A stretch of DNA of 64,000 bases from Leptonemataceae bacterium (GCA_965227295.1 OZ245742.1:800001-864000), one strand, 5' to 3'. Positions 38,600 to 48,638 are shown, counted from the first letter of the stretch. Numbers and translations are program-made. The notes: generated by a model from the letters alone, not told the origin.

Positions 38600-38721
38600 A
38601 TGGAAGATGTGAAAGAACGTACTTTCGCATCTTGTACCTTCTGAAGCCCGACGGCAATATCGACATTCTGAGTGTTCTGCATGGCTCCATGGATATGGAG
38701 CGCCACTTCGAACTGGAATAA
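38600..38721 (+). pseudogene. RelE/ParE toxin C-terminal relic
   Basis: FRILYLLKPDGNIDILSVLHGSMDMERHF resembles a ParE/RelE C-terminus; no intact N-terminus or antitoxin seen. Confidence 0.55.
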
Positions 38722-38723
38722 TC

Positions 38724-39875
38724 CTACAAACTCAAAGCCCGCGCCAGCGTAAAACCTTCCTCGCCAATGCGCGTCCACTCCACCGCCTGCCCGCGGAACT
38801 TCAGATACGATTCAAAGATCTTCTTCGAAGCTGCGTCTTTCGAGCCGATGCCCGCCGCCACATCCGCGCTGAGTTCGCCCATCTTCTTCAATACGTCGTC
38901 CGGGAATTTCTTAAGTTGCACGCCGTGTTTCTTAACGAGTTCTTCCAGCGCCGTATTGTTCCGGGCGGCGAATTCCGAGAGCATGTCCTGGTAAGCGGCC
39001 TTCGTCGCGACGTCGAGGATCGTCTGCAAATCTTTTGGAAGGGATTCGTAGGTCTTGCGATTGACCAGGAACTCCAGGGCCGTACCCGGTTCGTGCCAGC
39101 CCGGCCAGTAATAGAGCTTCGCCGCCTTGTAAAAGCCGAACGCCAGGTCGTTGTACGGGCCGACCCATTCCGTGGCGTCGATGGCCCCGCTCTGGAGTGA
39201 TTGAAAGATTTCCCCGCCCGGGATGTTCACGACGGTGGCGCCGGCTTCGCTCAGGACTTCGCCGCCGAGACCGGGCATGCGAATCTTCAAACCGCGAAAG
39301 TCGTTCACGCTGCCGATGGGTTTGTTAAACCAGCCGCCCATCTGCACACCGGTATTGCCGCAGGCGAACGGCTTCAGGTTAAAGTCCGCGTAGAGATCGT
39401 CCCAGAGTTTCTGCGCCCCGCCGTAGTTGATCCAGCCGGCCATTTCGCTCGCGTTCAACCCGAACGGAACCGCTGCGAAGAACTGCGCCGCTTCGACCTT
39501 GCCCTTCCAGTAGTAGGCCGCGCCGTGGGCCAGGTCCGCCGTACCGTTGGAGACGGCGTCGAAGGCCTCGAAGGCCGGCACGAGTTCGCCCGCGGCATAG
39601 ACCCGCACCTGGATGCGCCCGCCGGACATGGCTTCAATCAACTCCGCGAGTTTGTTCGCGCCGGTGCCCAGGCCGGGAAAGTTCTTCGGCCAGGTGGTGA
39701 CCATCTTGAACTTGTAGGTTTTGCCCGAGTCGGCCGCGCCGCCCCCGCTACTCTGCGGCCCGCACGATGGGAGGGCCGACGCGCCGGCCAGGCCGGCACC
39801 GAGGCCCAGGGATTTTTTGATAAAACTTTTGCGGCTTTCCTGCATGAACGATCTCCGAGTCGCAGACACGATCAA
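38724..39875 (-). CDS. dctP: TRAP transporter substrate-binding lipoprotein (TakP-like)
   Basis: MVTTWP..FPG, AGELVPAF, YYWKGK, GNTGVQMGGWF, GLKIRMPG, EWVGPY.D motifs. Confidence 0.93.
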   Translation of the reverse strand: MIVSATRRSFMQESRKSFIKKSLGLGAGLAGASALPSCGPQSSGGGAADSGKTYKFKMVTTWPKNFPGLGTGANKLAELIEAMSGGRIQVRVYAAGELVPAFEAFDAVSNGTADLAHGAAYYWKGKVEAAQFFAAVPFGLNASEMAGWINYGGAQKLWDDLYADFNLKPFACGNTGVQMGGWFNKPIGSVNDFRGLKIRMPGLGGEVLSEAGATVVNIPGGEIFQSLQSGAIDATEWVGPYNDLAFGFYKAAKLYYWPGWHEPGTALEFLVNRKTYESLPKDLQTILDVATKAAYQDMLSEFAARNNTALEELVKKHGVQLKKFPDDVLKKMGELSADVAAGIGSKDAASKKIFESYLKFRGQAVEWTRIGEEGFTLARALSL

Positions 39876-39939
39876 CGAAGCGGGGTAGATTTTCCATCAT
39901 CTTTATTGACCGGCAACTTTCCCGTGAGTTTGTGGCGGC

Positions 39940-40788
39940 ATGACCGTACCGGTCATCGACACCCATTGTCACATCGACATCGTCCGCGATCAGGGCATTC
40001 CTCCGGAGACGGCGCTCGCCGAAGCCGCCGCCGCCGGTGTCGAAGCGTGGATTCAGATCTCCACGGGCCTCACGTCCGCACGGTTCAACCGCGACTTCGC
40101 CGCGCAGCACGCCGGGGCGGAAGCACCGCATCCGCGCATCCTCTGGACCGCCGGCCTGCATCCGGAGTCCGCCGAGGACATTCAGGACCTGGAGGACATC
40201 TTCGCCATGATCCGCGAGCACCGCGACGATGCGGCCTTCGTCGGCGTCGGCGAGACCGGCCTGGACTACTTCCACACGACGGACTTCAAGCAGCAGCAAC
40301 TGGAAAGCCTGGAGCGCCACTTTGCCCTGGCCGAAGAACTGAACCTGCCGATCGTCCTGCACCTGCGCGACGAACGCGTGTACAATCCGGACAACATCAA
40401 GACGGCGGAAGATGCAAGTGCCATCCTGCGCAACTTTCCCAAACTGCGCGGCGTTTTGCACTGCTACACCTACACCGAACGCGAGGCGGAACCGTTCCTG
40501 GCCCAGGGCTGGTTCGTGAGTTACAGCGGCATCCTCACGTTCAAGAACGCAAAGACGATCCAGGCGGGGGCAATCAAAGTACCGCTGGATCGACTCATGG
40601 TGGAAACGGACGCGCCGTTTCTCGCGCCCATTCCGTATCGCGGTCAAACCAACCAGCCGGCCTACGTCGGTCACACGCTGGAATACCTGGCGAACCTGCG
40701 CGCGGAGCACTGCGGGGAGGATCCGTTAACAGTGAAACAGACGATCTTAGAGAACTCGAAACGATTTATAGACATCAAGAATCAATAG
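39940..40788 (+). CDS. tatD: TatD family deoxyribonuclease
   Basis: DTHCH, GLHP, GETGLDY, LHCY, ETDAPFL motifs. Confidence 0.93.
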   Translation: MTVPVIDTHCHIDIVRDQGIPPETALAEAAAAGVEAWIQISTGLTSARFNRDFAAQHAGAEAPHPRILWTAGLHPESAEDIQDLEDIFAMIREHRDDAAFVGVGETGLDYFHTTDFKQQQLESLERHFALAEELNLPIVLHLRDERVYNPDNIKTAEDASAILRNFPKLRGVLHCYTYTEREAEPFLAQGWFVSYSGILTFKNAKTIQAGAIKVPLDRLMVETDAPFLAPIPYRGQTNQPAYVGHTLEYLANLRAEHCGEDPLTVKQTILENSKRFIDIKNQ

Positions 40789-40898
40789 ACTCCGAGGACC
40801 GAGACACCGAGGATCAAAATCAGAGCGCGTCCTTAGCCTGCATACATTCAGCTACGCAAGCCCTCCCAATCTTCCCTCGGTACCTCGATCCTCGGAGT
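40789..40898. repeat. Small inverted-repeat element, copy 2
   Basis: actccgaggaccgagacaccgagg (40789-40812) and cctcggtacctcgatcctcggagt (40875-40898); interior shares gcgcg..cttagcc..gctacg..ctccc with copy 1. Confidence 0.85.
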
Positions 40899-40911
40899 AA
40901 ATAACCTACCC

Positions 40912-42189
40912 ATGCTCGATCTAAAACTCATACAAGATAACCCGCAAGCCCTCGAAGACATGCTGCGCCGGCGGCGGGCGAAGGGCGTCGATACTGCCGC
41001 CCTGGGCGCGCTCATCGAAAAACGCAAAGAGAGCATCGCGAAAGTCGAGGCCCTGCGCTCGGAACGCAACGCGGCGAGCAAAGAGATCGGCGCATTGATG
41101 GGCAAAGGCGAAAAAGACGCCGCCGAAGAACGCAAGGCCGAGGTCAAAGGCCTGGGTGACGAAATCAGCGCCCTGGAAGAACAACTGAACGGCGTTGAAA
41201 CTGAGATGAACGAAATCGTGCAGGGCCTGCCCAACTGGCTCGACGATTCCGTTCCCGACGGCGAGGACGACTCCGACAACGTGGAACTTCGCCAGGTCGG
41301 CGATATTCCGAAGTTCGACTTCGAACCGAAGCCGCACTACGAACTCGGCGAGGCCCTGGGCATTCTGGACTTCGAGCGCGGCGTAAAGCTCGCCGGCTCG
41401 CGTTTTTATACGTATCGCGGGCTCGCCGCACAGCTCGAACGTGCGCTCATCTCGTTCATGCTGGACCTGCACACCGGCCGCCACGGTTACACCGAGGTCT
41501 TTGTGCCGCTGCTAACTTCCGATGACAGCATGTTTGCCACCGGCCAGTTCCCGAAGTTCCGCGGCGACTTCTACGCCCTGGAAAACGACGGCCTGAATCT
41601 CATCCCCACGAGCGAAGTGCAACTCGTGAATCTCTACCGCGACGAGATCATCGCCGCGGACGATCTGCCCATCGCCGTCACCGCGTCCACGTCGTGCTTC
41701 CGCCGGGAGGCCGGCGCCGCGGGCAAGGACACCCGCGGTCTGGTGCGCGTGCATCAATTTCAGAAAGTAGAGCTGGTACAGCTCGCGCACCCCGATCAAT
41801 CCGAAGCGATCCACGAGGCCATGCTCGGCCACGCCGAGGCCGTGCTGCAACACCTGGGCATTCCGTACCGCGTGGTACAACTTTGCTCCGGCGACATCGG
41901 CGCCGCGGCGGTAAAGACCTACGATATCGAAGTCTGGATGCCGGGCCTGAACCGCTGGCTCGAAATCTCGTCCGTCTCGAATTGCCGGGACTACCAGGCG
42001 CGACGCGGCATGATTCGCTTCAAAGGTACTGAAAAGAAAGCGAAGACCGCGTATCTGCATACCCTGAACGGCTCCGGTGTCGCCGCCGGTCGCTGCCTCA
42101 TTGCAATCATGGAAAACTACCAGCAGGCCGACGGCACCTTCGCCGTGCCCGCCGCTCTGAAACCGTACATGGAACGGGCACTGCCCTGA
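40912..42189 (+). CDS. serS: Seryl-tRNA synthetase
   Basis: MLDLK, LIPTSEV, CFRREAG, RVHQFQKVE, EISSVSNC, HTLNGSG motifs. Confidence 0.98.
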   Translation: MLDLKLIQDNPQALEDMLRRRRAKGVDTAALGALIEKRKESIAKVEALRSERNAASKEIGALMGKGEKDAAEERKAEVKGLGDEISALEEQLNGVETEMNEIVQGLPNWLDDSVPDGEDDSDNVELRQVGDIPKFDFEPKPHYELGEALGILDFERGVKLAGSRFYTYRGLAAQLERALISFMLDLHTGRHGYTEVFVPLLTSDDSMFATGQFPKFRGDFYALENDGLNLIPTSEVQLVNLYRDEIIAADDLPIAVTASTSCFRREAGAAGKDTRGLVRVHQFQKVELVQLAHPDQSEAIHEAMLGHAEAVLQHLGIPYRVVQLCSGDIGAAAVKTYDIEVWMPGLNRWLEISSVSNCRDYQARRGMIRFKGTEKKAKTAYLHTLNGSGVAAGRCLIAIMENYQQADGTFAVPAALKPYMERALP

Positions 42190-42190
42190 A

Positions 42191-42421
42191 TCATTTTCAC
42201 AGGACCACAGTGTCCCGCGCTACGGCGACGTGGAACTGGCCGCCAAAATGATGCGCAAGCACAAGATCCATCATCTGGTCGTAACGCATGAGCAGAAGCT
42301 CGTAGGAATCGTCAGTTCGTTTGATCTGCTTCAACTGATCGAAGGCAAAAGGTTTTCGGCAAAGAACGCGCCGACGCCGAAAAAGAAGGCAGCGGGCAAA
42401 CGGGCCCGGGCAGAGGCCTGA
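42191..42421 (+). pseudogene. CBS-domain protein relic (second CBS repeat only)
   Basis: HSVPRYGDVELAAKMMRKHKIHHLVVTHEQKLVGIVSSFDLL; begins right after the serS stop with no room for the first CBS repeat. Confidence 0.65.
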
Positions 42422-42504
42422 CCGGTATTCACTACGGCGAAGCCATCGTCGGCAACGTCGGCTCATCGGAGCGACTGGAGTATACGGTCATCGGCGACAC
42501 TGTG
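42421..42504 (+). pseudogene. Class III nucleotidyl cyclase internal fragment
   Basis: Manual translation TGIHYGEAIVGNVGSSERLEYTVIGDTV, then unrelated sequence and a stop; no start codon. Confidence 0.75.
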
Positions 42505-42692
42505 ATATTGAGACCTTTGCCGTGGTTCAAGACTTAGTTACGGATGCACGGTCGTTAAAATCGTAGAGTAAGTTCCGGAATGGTTAAGGGAATTTTTTGG
42601 CTACGGCACCGGGAGAACAGTCACCACTACTCTCCGCATCCTTCGTACCTCTGCGGTAAGAACGCCGCGATTGCCGCTGCGCGACACCGCCA

Positions 42693-43124
42693 CTACAACA
42701 GCGGTTCGAGCGCGTGCACGCCGCGCACCAGGTGACCGATGATTTCCGGAAACTTCGCGCGCTGTTCGTCCGTAAACTCCGCGAAGGAAATCGGCGCGCG
42801 GATGGCATCGAACGTGCGCGCGGTGAAAAACAGAATGCCGTCCGCCGGATTGCCGCGGCGAATCGAATTGCGTAAAAACGACACGTTGCCTTCCAGTTTC
42901 AGAGAGGGCACCATCGCATTCAGTTCACCCAGGCCGTGGACCAACTCCAGCATGGCCGCCTCGAAGCGGCGCCGCTGTTCCTCGTCGAAGCTGTCCTCTT
43001 CGAGAAAGTGCTCCACGTACTCCTCGATGGCCAGAAACGTCTCCGCGAAGGCCGCGATGATTTGATCCAGGGGAACGTTCTTCTTCGCCTGGCTCATGAT
43101 AAATGCGATATTCTTGCGAAACAT
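42693..43124 (-). CDS. Hypothetical protein
   Basis: 143 aa ORF; start overlaps the MCP stop codon; host-like codon usage. Confidence 0.65.
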   Translation of the reverse strand: MFRKNIAFIMSQAKKNVPLDQIIAAFAETFLAIEEYVEHFLEEDSFDEEQRRRFEAAMLELVHGLGELNAMVPSLKLEGNVSFLRNSIRRGNPADGILFFTARTFDAIRAPISFAEFTDEQRAKFPEIIGHLVRGVHALEPLL

Positions 43125-45286
43125 CAGTTTTCCGAGATCTTAAAATCTTCCACTGTCCGTGCAAGAAATTCTGCCTGGTCGGCGACGGTCTTGATGGATC
43201 GCGCCATTTCCTGGGAGTTATTCGAAGAGTTCTGTGCGCTTTCGCTGATGCCGGCAATCGTGTTCATCATCTCTTCCGCCGTGGAACTCTGCTGCTGCTC
43301 CGACGATACGATCTGCTTCGTCATTTCGGTCATGCGCTGCATGGACTCCCGAATGGTTTCGTTTAACTTCGCCTGATTTTTGGCCAGGCTTTCCAGCACC
43401 TCGGCCAATTCGCTGACCTGAGACGCCTCGGTGCGCATGTGCTTCACCGCCTCACCCAGGGATTCGACCTTCTCTTCGCCGGAGCTGACGCTGGAGAGGG
43501 CCTCATGGATCAGTTCTTCAATCTCCCCCGTCGCCTCGGAAGAGCGTTCCGCGAGACGCGAGACCTCATCGGCGACCACGGCAAATCCGCGACCGGCCTC
43601 CCCCGCCCGGGCCGCTTCAATGGCAGCATTCAGAGAAAGCAAGTTAGTGCGATCGGAGATGTCGTTGATGACGCTCAAGATCTCGCTGATCTTCTCGCTG
43701 GAGGACACGATGCGCCGAATGCCCTCCACTGCTTCCTGGGACGACGCCTGGGCCTGCCAGGCCTGGTGCACCGAGGACTCCGAGCGATTACGGATCTCGT
43801 GCGCCTTAATCGTGAGATTCTCGATCGACGCGTTCAAATCTTTTTCGAGGACCGTCAGGATATTCGAAATCAAAGCTGACTGCTCCGAAATTTTGCCGGA
43901 TATCTCCTCGATGGATGCGCTCATTTCCTCCATGGAAGCCGAGGCCTCCTCGGTGGCAGAGGCCTGGTCCTGGGCGCCGTCGGCGAAACCTTCCGCCGAA
44001 CGGGTGAGTGCCTCGTTTTGATCCTGCACCCGGACGGCCACGCCGCGGATCGTATTGATCTTCGCCGAGAGCTGTACAAAAAACGAACTGAGTGTCAACG
44101 CCAGCCGACCGATCTCGTCGAGAGACTCGGCACCGGCCCGGTGACTGAGATCACCGCGCTCCACGCGCTCGGTCATACGCATGAGCCCGTTGATGCTGCG
44201 GGCAATCGTATTCGCAAAGAAGAACGAAAGACTCGCCGCCACGATCAACCCACCCACGGCGAAGATGCCGATCCACATCCACAACGAGTTCAGTCGCTGG
44301 AGCTCAGCCGCCAGATCCCGCACCGAACAGAGGAAGTACTCGCTGCCCCGCGAACAGACGATGATGCGTTCCAGCTCGGTATCGTAGTAGGATCCCCCCG
44401 AAACGTTTTCAAAGACCTTGCGAAAGTGATCGCCGGCATCCGCCTGGCGATGATGCTGAAACAGTTTCGGTCCCGTACTCAGAATCAGATCGTTTTCGTT
44501 AGCATCGTACAGATAAAAGTTACGCTGATATACCGTTTTGGCCTGCCTGAGCCGGAGCTTCATGTTGCTTTCGAACTCATCGTCCAGGAAGGTTTCCGCA
44601 AAGATGTGTTTGTGAATATGTTCCGTGCTGTACTCGATCTCTCGAATGGTTTCGTTGACGCCGGTGTAGTAAGCCATGCCGCCCAGCCAGATGGTATAGC
44701 CGAGGGGAAAGAGCAAAAAGGCCGGCACAATCTTCGACCGAAGGGACCACTGGAATCCGCGGACCTCGTGACCAGCGTCGGCTATGCGCCGGGACAGGCT
44801 TGCCGCCAGGGGACCGAGAAAGGCCGAGAAGCCCGCGTAAACATTGAGGGGGACGGCGATCAACCCGGCGCAAGCACCGAGGACGATGGTTCCCATGGTA
44901 AGCGGGCCGAAGTGCTGCAACTTCCAGAAAACGTAAACCAACGCCGACGCCGCCAGCCACACGACGATGATCACGACGGTCATGCGAACCGGCAACGAGT
45001 AGGATCTCCGGACGGCCCGGTCCAGCTCCGCGGCTTCCACATCTTCGCGCTGGTCCAGCCGCCGTACACAGCTTCGAAGCGGAGCTGACACGAGAAAGTA
45101 ATAAACCAACGCCGCCACGGCGCCGACGAACCAGATTCCGATCACCACCGGCACAAGTACGGGAAAACGCGAAGTCGGATAGTTGCCCAAATAGAACAGG
45201 GCCACTGCCCAGACACCGTTCCACAGGAACCAGTTTGCAAGATAACAGAGCAGCAGTGCCGTGCCGGGGTAACGAAGAATCTCCAT
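43124..45286 (-). CDS. Methyl-accepting chemotaxis protein with extra N-terminal TM helices
   Basis: HAMP (GDLS..DEIG) and [29 protein letters not shown] hairpin tip. Confidence 0.95.
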   Translation of the reverse strand: MEILRYPGTALLLCYLANWFLWNGVWAVALFYLGNYPTSRFPVLVPVVIGIWFVGAVAALVYYFLVSAPLRSCVRRLDQREDVEAAELDRAVRRSYSLPVRMTVVIIVVWLAASALVYVFWKLQHFGPLTMGTIVLGACAGLIAVPLNVYAGFSAFLGPLAASLSRRIADAGHEVRGFQWSLRSKIVPAFLLFPLGYTIWLGGMAYYTGVNETIREIEYSTEHIHKHIFAETFLDDEFESNMKLRLRQAKTVYQRNFYLYDANENDLILSTGPKLFQHHRQADAGDHFRKVFENVSGGSYYDTELERIIVCSRGSEYFLCSVRDLAAELQRLNSLWMWIGIFAVGGLIVAASLSFFFANTIARSINGLMRMTERVERGDLSHRAGAESLDEIGRLALTLSSFFVQLSAKINTIRGVAVRVQDQNEALTRSAEGFADGAQDQASATEEASASMEEMSASIEEISGKISEQSALISNILTVLEKDLNASIENLTIKAHEIRNRSESSVHQAWQAQASSQEAVEGIRRIVSSSEKISEILSVINDISDRTNLLSLNAAIEAARAGEAGRGFAVVADEVSRLAERSSEATGEIEELIHEALSSVSSGEEKVESLGEAVKHMRTEASQVSELAEVLESLAKNQAKLNETIRESMQRMTEMTKQIVSSEQQQSSTAEEMMNTIAGISESAQNSSNNSQEMARSIKTVADQAEFLARTVEDFKISEN

Positions 45287-45388
45287 AGAACGGAAGACCT
45301 ACACCGTGCCCGGCAGTGCGATTTGCATAGAAAATTTACAATAGTCGGAGATGCGAAAACAGAAAATCAGCTCCGATTTAAGCAAGCT

Positions 45389-45871
45389 TCAAAGCAACTT
45401 TTCGATGTCACCGGCCATATCTTCGGGTTTCGTATTCGGCGCGTAGCGATCCACCACCTCACCGTTCTTGTTAACGAGGAACTTCGTAAAGTTCCACTTA
45501 ATGGCTTCCGTACCCAGCACACCCTTCTGCGCTTTTTTCAAATGCTGGAAGAGCGGATGCGCGCTCTGTCCGTTGACGTCGACCTTCGTGTGCATGGGAA
45601 AACTGACGCCGTAGTTTACCTGGCAAAAACTTTGAATATCCTCGGCACTGCCCGGTTCTTGCTGACCGAATTGATTGCACGGAAAACCGAGGACGACCAG
45701 ACCCTGGTCCTTAAACTTTTTGTGAAGATTTTCGAGGCCCTCATACTGCGGCGTGAAACCGCACTGGCTCGCCGTGTTGACGATCAACATAACCTGATCT
45801 TTGTATTCACCGAGCTTGCGTTTCTCGCCGCCGATGGACTCCACTTCAATATCATAAATAGAATCTGACAT
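45389..45871 (-). CDS. Glutathione peroxidase family protein (Cys-type)
   Basis: VNTASQCGFT, LGFPCNQFG.QEPG, KWNFTKFL motifs. Confidence 0.96.
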   Translation of the reverse strand: MSDSIYDIEVESIGGEKRKLGEYKDQVMLIVNTASQCGFTPQYEGLENLHKKFKDQGLVVLGFPCNQFGQQEPGSAEDIQSFCQVNYGVSFPMHTKVDVNGQSAHPLFQHLKKAQKGVLGTEAIKWNFTKFLVNKNGEVVDRYAPNTKPEDMAGDIEKLL

Positions 45872-45981
45872 TTGTTACTCCCTGAATTGCATTCAACTAA
45901 GCCCCGGTCCGCCTTACCCGGCCACCGTAAATCCGCACAAAAAATGCTCCCGGGATCCGTGCGATCATCCGAAGCTGAAAT

Positions 45982-46608
45982 ATGGACTTCTCCTCCGATA
46001 ACCCGATGCTCCGAATCCAGGGCCGGGTAGGCGACATAATCCAGCGCATGCAGAGTATGGAGCAGCGCGTCGGTGGCCGGGCCGGCGCGATCACGGAGCG
46101 CTTCTCCACCGCGACTCCCGCGCCGGAACACGGCGCGCAGCGGGTCGGGCCGGACCGGCCTCCCGAAAAAGCGACAGAGTCATCGCCCGGGACTCCTGAA
46201 ACCGTCGGCGGCATCCCGCGCTCCGGCTTCGCCGCGGAACTGGAAGCCATGATCCAGGCCGAAGCGGGTCGCAGCCGGGTCTCGCCCGACCTGATCCGCG
46301 CCGTGGTGGAAACCGAAAGCGCCGGCAAGGCGGACGCTGTATCCCGGGCGGGCGCCGTCGGTCTCATGCAACTCATGCCGGACACGGCCCGGGAACTCGG
46401 CGTCGATCCCACGGACCCGCAGGAGAACCTCCGCGGCGGCGTGCAGTACCTCACGCAGATGGCGCGGCAGTTCGGCAACCTGGACGAGACCCTGGCCGCC
46501 TACAACGCCGGTCCGGGCGCGGTGAAACGCCACGGCGGCGTGCCGCCCTATCAAGAAACCCAGGATTATGTGAAACGCATCCGTCGAATTCTCGACGAAA
46601 AGAGATGA
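45982..46608 (+). CDS. Lytic transglycosylase (SLT domain)
   Basis: ETES, SRAGAVGLMQLMP, AAYNAGPG, ETQDYV motifs. Confidence 0.93.
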   Translation: MDFSSDNPMLRIQGRVGDIIQRMQSMEQRVGGRAGAITERFSTATPAPEHGAQRVGPDRPPEKATESSPGTPETVGGIPRSGFAAELEAMIQAEAGRSRVSPDLIRAVVETESAGKADAVSRAGAVGLMQLMPDTARELGVDPTDPQENLRGGVQYLTQMARQFGNLDETLAAYNAGPGAVKRHGGVPPYQETQDYVKRIRRILDEKR

Positions 46609-46630
46609 GCACCCGCGCGCGAACTTTACA

Positions 46631-47245
46631 ATGCGATCCTGTTTCTTCCGATGTACAGTGCTGATTCTTTGTGCGCTGATCTTCACTGCCTGTCCGCGCA
46701 ATCCCGAGGACGCGCTGATGCTGCATCTGTATCACTCGTTGCACGAAGAGATTCAGCGCGCGGCGCTGGGAACGGACGTTGCACCGGAGTACATGGCCGC
46801 GCTCATCAGCCTCGAGTCCTCCCCGCCCGGCAATCGCGACAGCGAACGTTTCGAACAGCACGTCTACGAAAAGATCCTGGCGCTGAAACACGAGGGCACG
46901 GCCTGGGGCGGCCTGAATCGCAAACAGGTCCGGCGCATCTCCGACAACGAACTGCGTAAACTCGCCACAAGCTACGGCCTGGTGCAGATCATGGGATACC
47001 ACTGCCTGCAACTCGGCTGCGAAATCGATGAGCTGACCGGCCCGTACCAACTCCAGTGGGCCGCAGCATATATGCAATTCCACTACGGCCGGCAGGCGAA
47101 GCGTAGCGATTGGGAAGACTGTTTTCGCATCCACAATACCGGTCGTCCCGACGGGCGCACCGGACGCCGCGACTACGTGGAACGCGGCATCGTCCGCATG
47201 GAGTACTATCGCGAATGGATGCAAAGAGAAGGACGCATGTTTTGA
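46631..47245 (+). CDS. Putative lysozyme/SLT-fold lipoprotein
   Basis: FTAC lipobox-like sequence; ALISLESS and SYGLVQIMG resemble lysozyme-superfamily motifs. Confidence 0.6.
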   Translation: MRSCFFRCTVLILCALIFTACPRNPEDALMLHLYHSLHEEIQRAALGTDVAPEYMAALISLESSPPGNRDSERFEQHVYEKILALKHEGTAWGGLNRKQVRRISDNELRKLATSYGLVQIMGYHCLQLGCEIDELTGPYQLQWAAAYMQFHYGRQAKRSDWEDCFRIHNTGRPDGRTGRRDYVERGIVRMEYYREWMQREGRMF

Positions 47246-47246
47246 C

Positions 47247-47972
47247 TCAAACGCGCTTCGCAAACCAACCGTGCACGAGCGCGGCCCGAAAAAACTCTAC
47301 CGGCGTTTGAAAACCGCCGGCTTCGATCATGGCAGCAACTGATTCCGGCGGCAGGACCGCCACGTCCCCCGCATAAGTTGCGCGCGTTTGCTCCAATTTT
47401 TCGGCGGAGAAGTGCCCGCCGGTCTGCACGCGAATCCAGATGCGCAACAGCGCGTCGTACTGATTGCTACTGATATCCGACGCCAGATCGGCATTCGCCA
47501 GGATGCCTCCGGGAACAAGTCTGTCCGCGATGGCCTGGAAAAAAGCGGAGCGCGCCTTCGGTTCCAGGATAAACTGCGAGACGAGAAAGCACGTGGCCGC
47601 GTGATGCATGTCTTTCGGCGGCAACGAGTCCAGGTAACCTTCGTGAAAGTAACAACGCGAGGCGAAGCCCTGCTCCTCGGCTCGCCGACGACAGACCTCC
47701 AGCATTCCGCCGGATGGCTCGACCGCGGTGAATTGCCAGGCCGGATACGCTTCGGCCAGGTACGCCATCTCGCGGCCGGTTCCGGGACCGACACACAGAA
47801 TCCGCGCCTCCTCCGGAAGCTCCGCGAGTCCGAGTTTCAGCAGATAGTACAGTCCGTTTAAGATCGGCGCGTGCTTCTCCCACTGTTTGTCGTACCCCGA
47901 CGCCTGCTTATCAAAAATAGCTTTGAGATCCTCTTGCCGCATGTGATTTCCTGAATAATGCGCACAGAGCAC
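47247..47972 (-). CDS. Class I SAM-dependent methyltransferase
   Basis: ILCVGPGTG, AVEPSGGML, LVPGG motifs; start may be the downstream MRQED. Confidence 0.88.
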   Translation of the reverse strand: MLCAHYSGNHMRQEDLKAIFDKQASGYDKQWEKHAPILNGLYYLLKLGLAELPEEARILCVGPGTGREMAYLAEAYPAWQFTAVEPSGGMLEVCRRRAEEQGFASRCYFHEGYLDSLPPKDMHHAATCFLVSQFILEPKARSAFFQAIADRLVPGGILANADLASDISSNQYDALLRIWIRVQTGGHFSAEKLEQTRATYAGDVAVLPPESVAAMIEAGGFQTPVEFFRAALVHGWFAKRV

Positions 47973-47980
47973 GTGCGCAC

Positions 47981-48020
47981 AAAAAAACCGGGCGACACTT
48001 CGTGTGCCGGCCCGGTTTTT
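47981..48020. terminator. Intrinsic terminator downstream of the lipL21-like gene
   Basis: aaaaaaaccgggc...gcccggttttt GC stem with A/T tails on both sides. Confidence 0.8.
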
Positions 48021-48041
48021 CGTTCCACGCTGCCGGTGGAA

Positions 48042-48638
48042 TTACATGTCCGCGTCGATCTCTTCGACCTGCGCTTCGAATGCTTTCTGTCCGCCGGGAT
48101 ACTTGAAGTAACCGACGCACTGGCAATCTTCCCAGGTCTCGGCTTCGCCTTCCGCGGGGTTGGCGCAACGACCGGTGTCCTGGCTCAGAGAGCAGCAGTC
48201 GTAAAGACCGATGCCGCTGATTTTGCCGGCACTCTGCGTAACGATGGCCTGACCGGTCGACTGACCGTCGGAAACACCGGAAGCCTGCTCTACGTAGTCA
48301 CCCACGATTTTGGAGAGGCCGTCACCGGCTACCAGGTCACGAGCGGCGCGGCGGCAGGTCGTTTGTTTCATCGCGATAGAGCGAGCGTTGATGGCGCGCT
48401 GAGAAGCACGCGCGGAGAATTTGAGATACAGATAGTCTTTTTTAGTATCGTCATCGCAGTACTCAGCGGGACTGAGACCGGACTTGGCTTTGGCCGCGTC
48501 GGGGGCGCAGGCCCAACCTTCGAATACCCAGCCCTCGGCACCTACGGTCGTGGCATCGCGACGTGCGTCGCCGCCACCGCCGCATTGAAATCCGAAAGCG
48601 ACAGCCAGTAAAATTGCTACGATTGAAAAGCGGTTCAT
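48042..48638 (-). CDS. lipL21: LipL21-like outer membrane lipoprotein
   Basis: Lipobox FQC; DATTVG.EGW.FEGW, ASQRAI...AMKQTTC..AA, SGVSDGQST recalled as resembling Leptospira LipL21. Confidence 0.8.
   Translation of the reverse strand: MNRFSIVAILLAVAFGFQCGGGGDARRDATTVGAEGWVFEGWACAPDAAKAKSGLSPAEYCDDDTKKDYLYLKFSARASQRAINARSIAMKQTTCRRAARDLVAGDGLSKIVGDYVEQASGVSDGQSTGQAIVTQSAGKISGIGLYDCCSLSQDTGRCANPAEGEAETWEDCQCVGYFKYPGGQKAFEAQVEEIDADM

Noticed and set aside
39201-40904. 567-aa plus-strand ORF and other long antisense ORFs (e.g. 10484..11737, 44018..45088)
   Set aside because: Arg/Ala/Gly-rich shadow ORFs typical of high-GC DNA, overlapping well-supported genes.
45389-45871. Selenocysteine glutathione peroxidase
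   Set aside because: The active-site codon encodes Cys in an uninterrupted frame.
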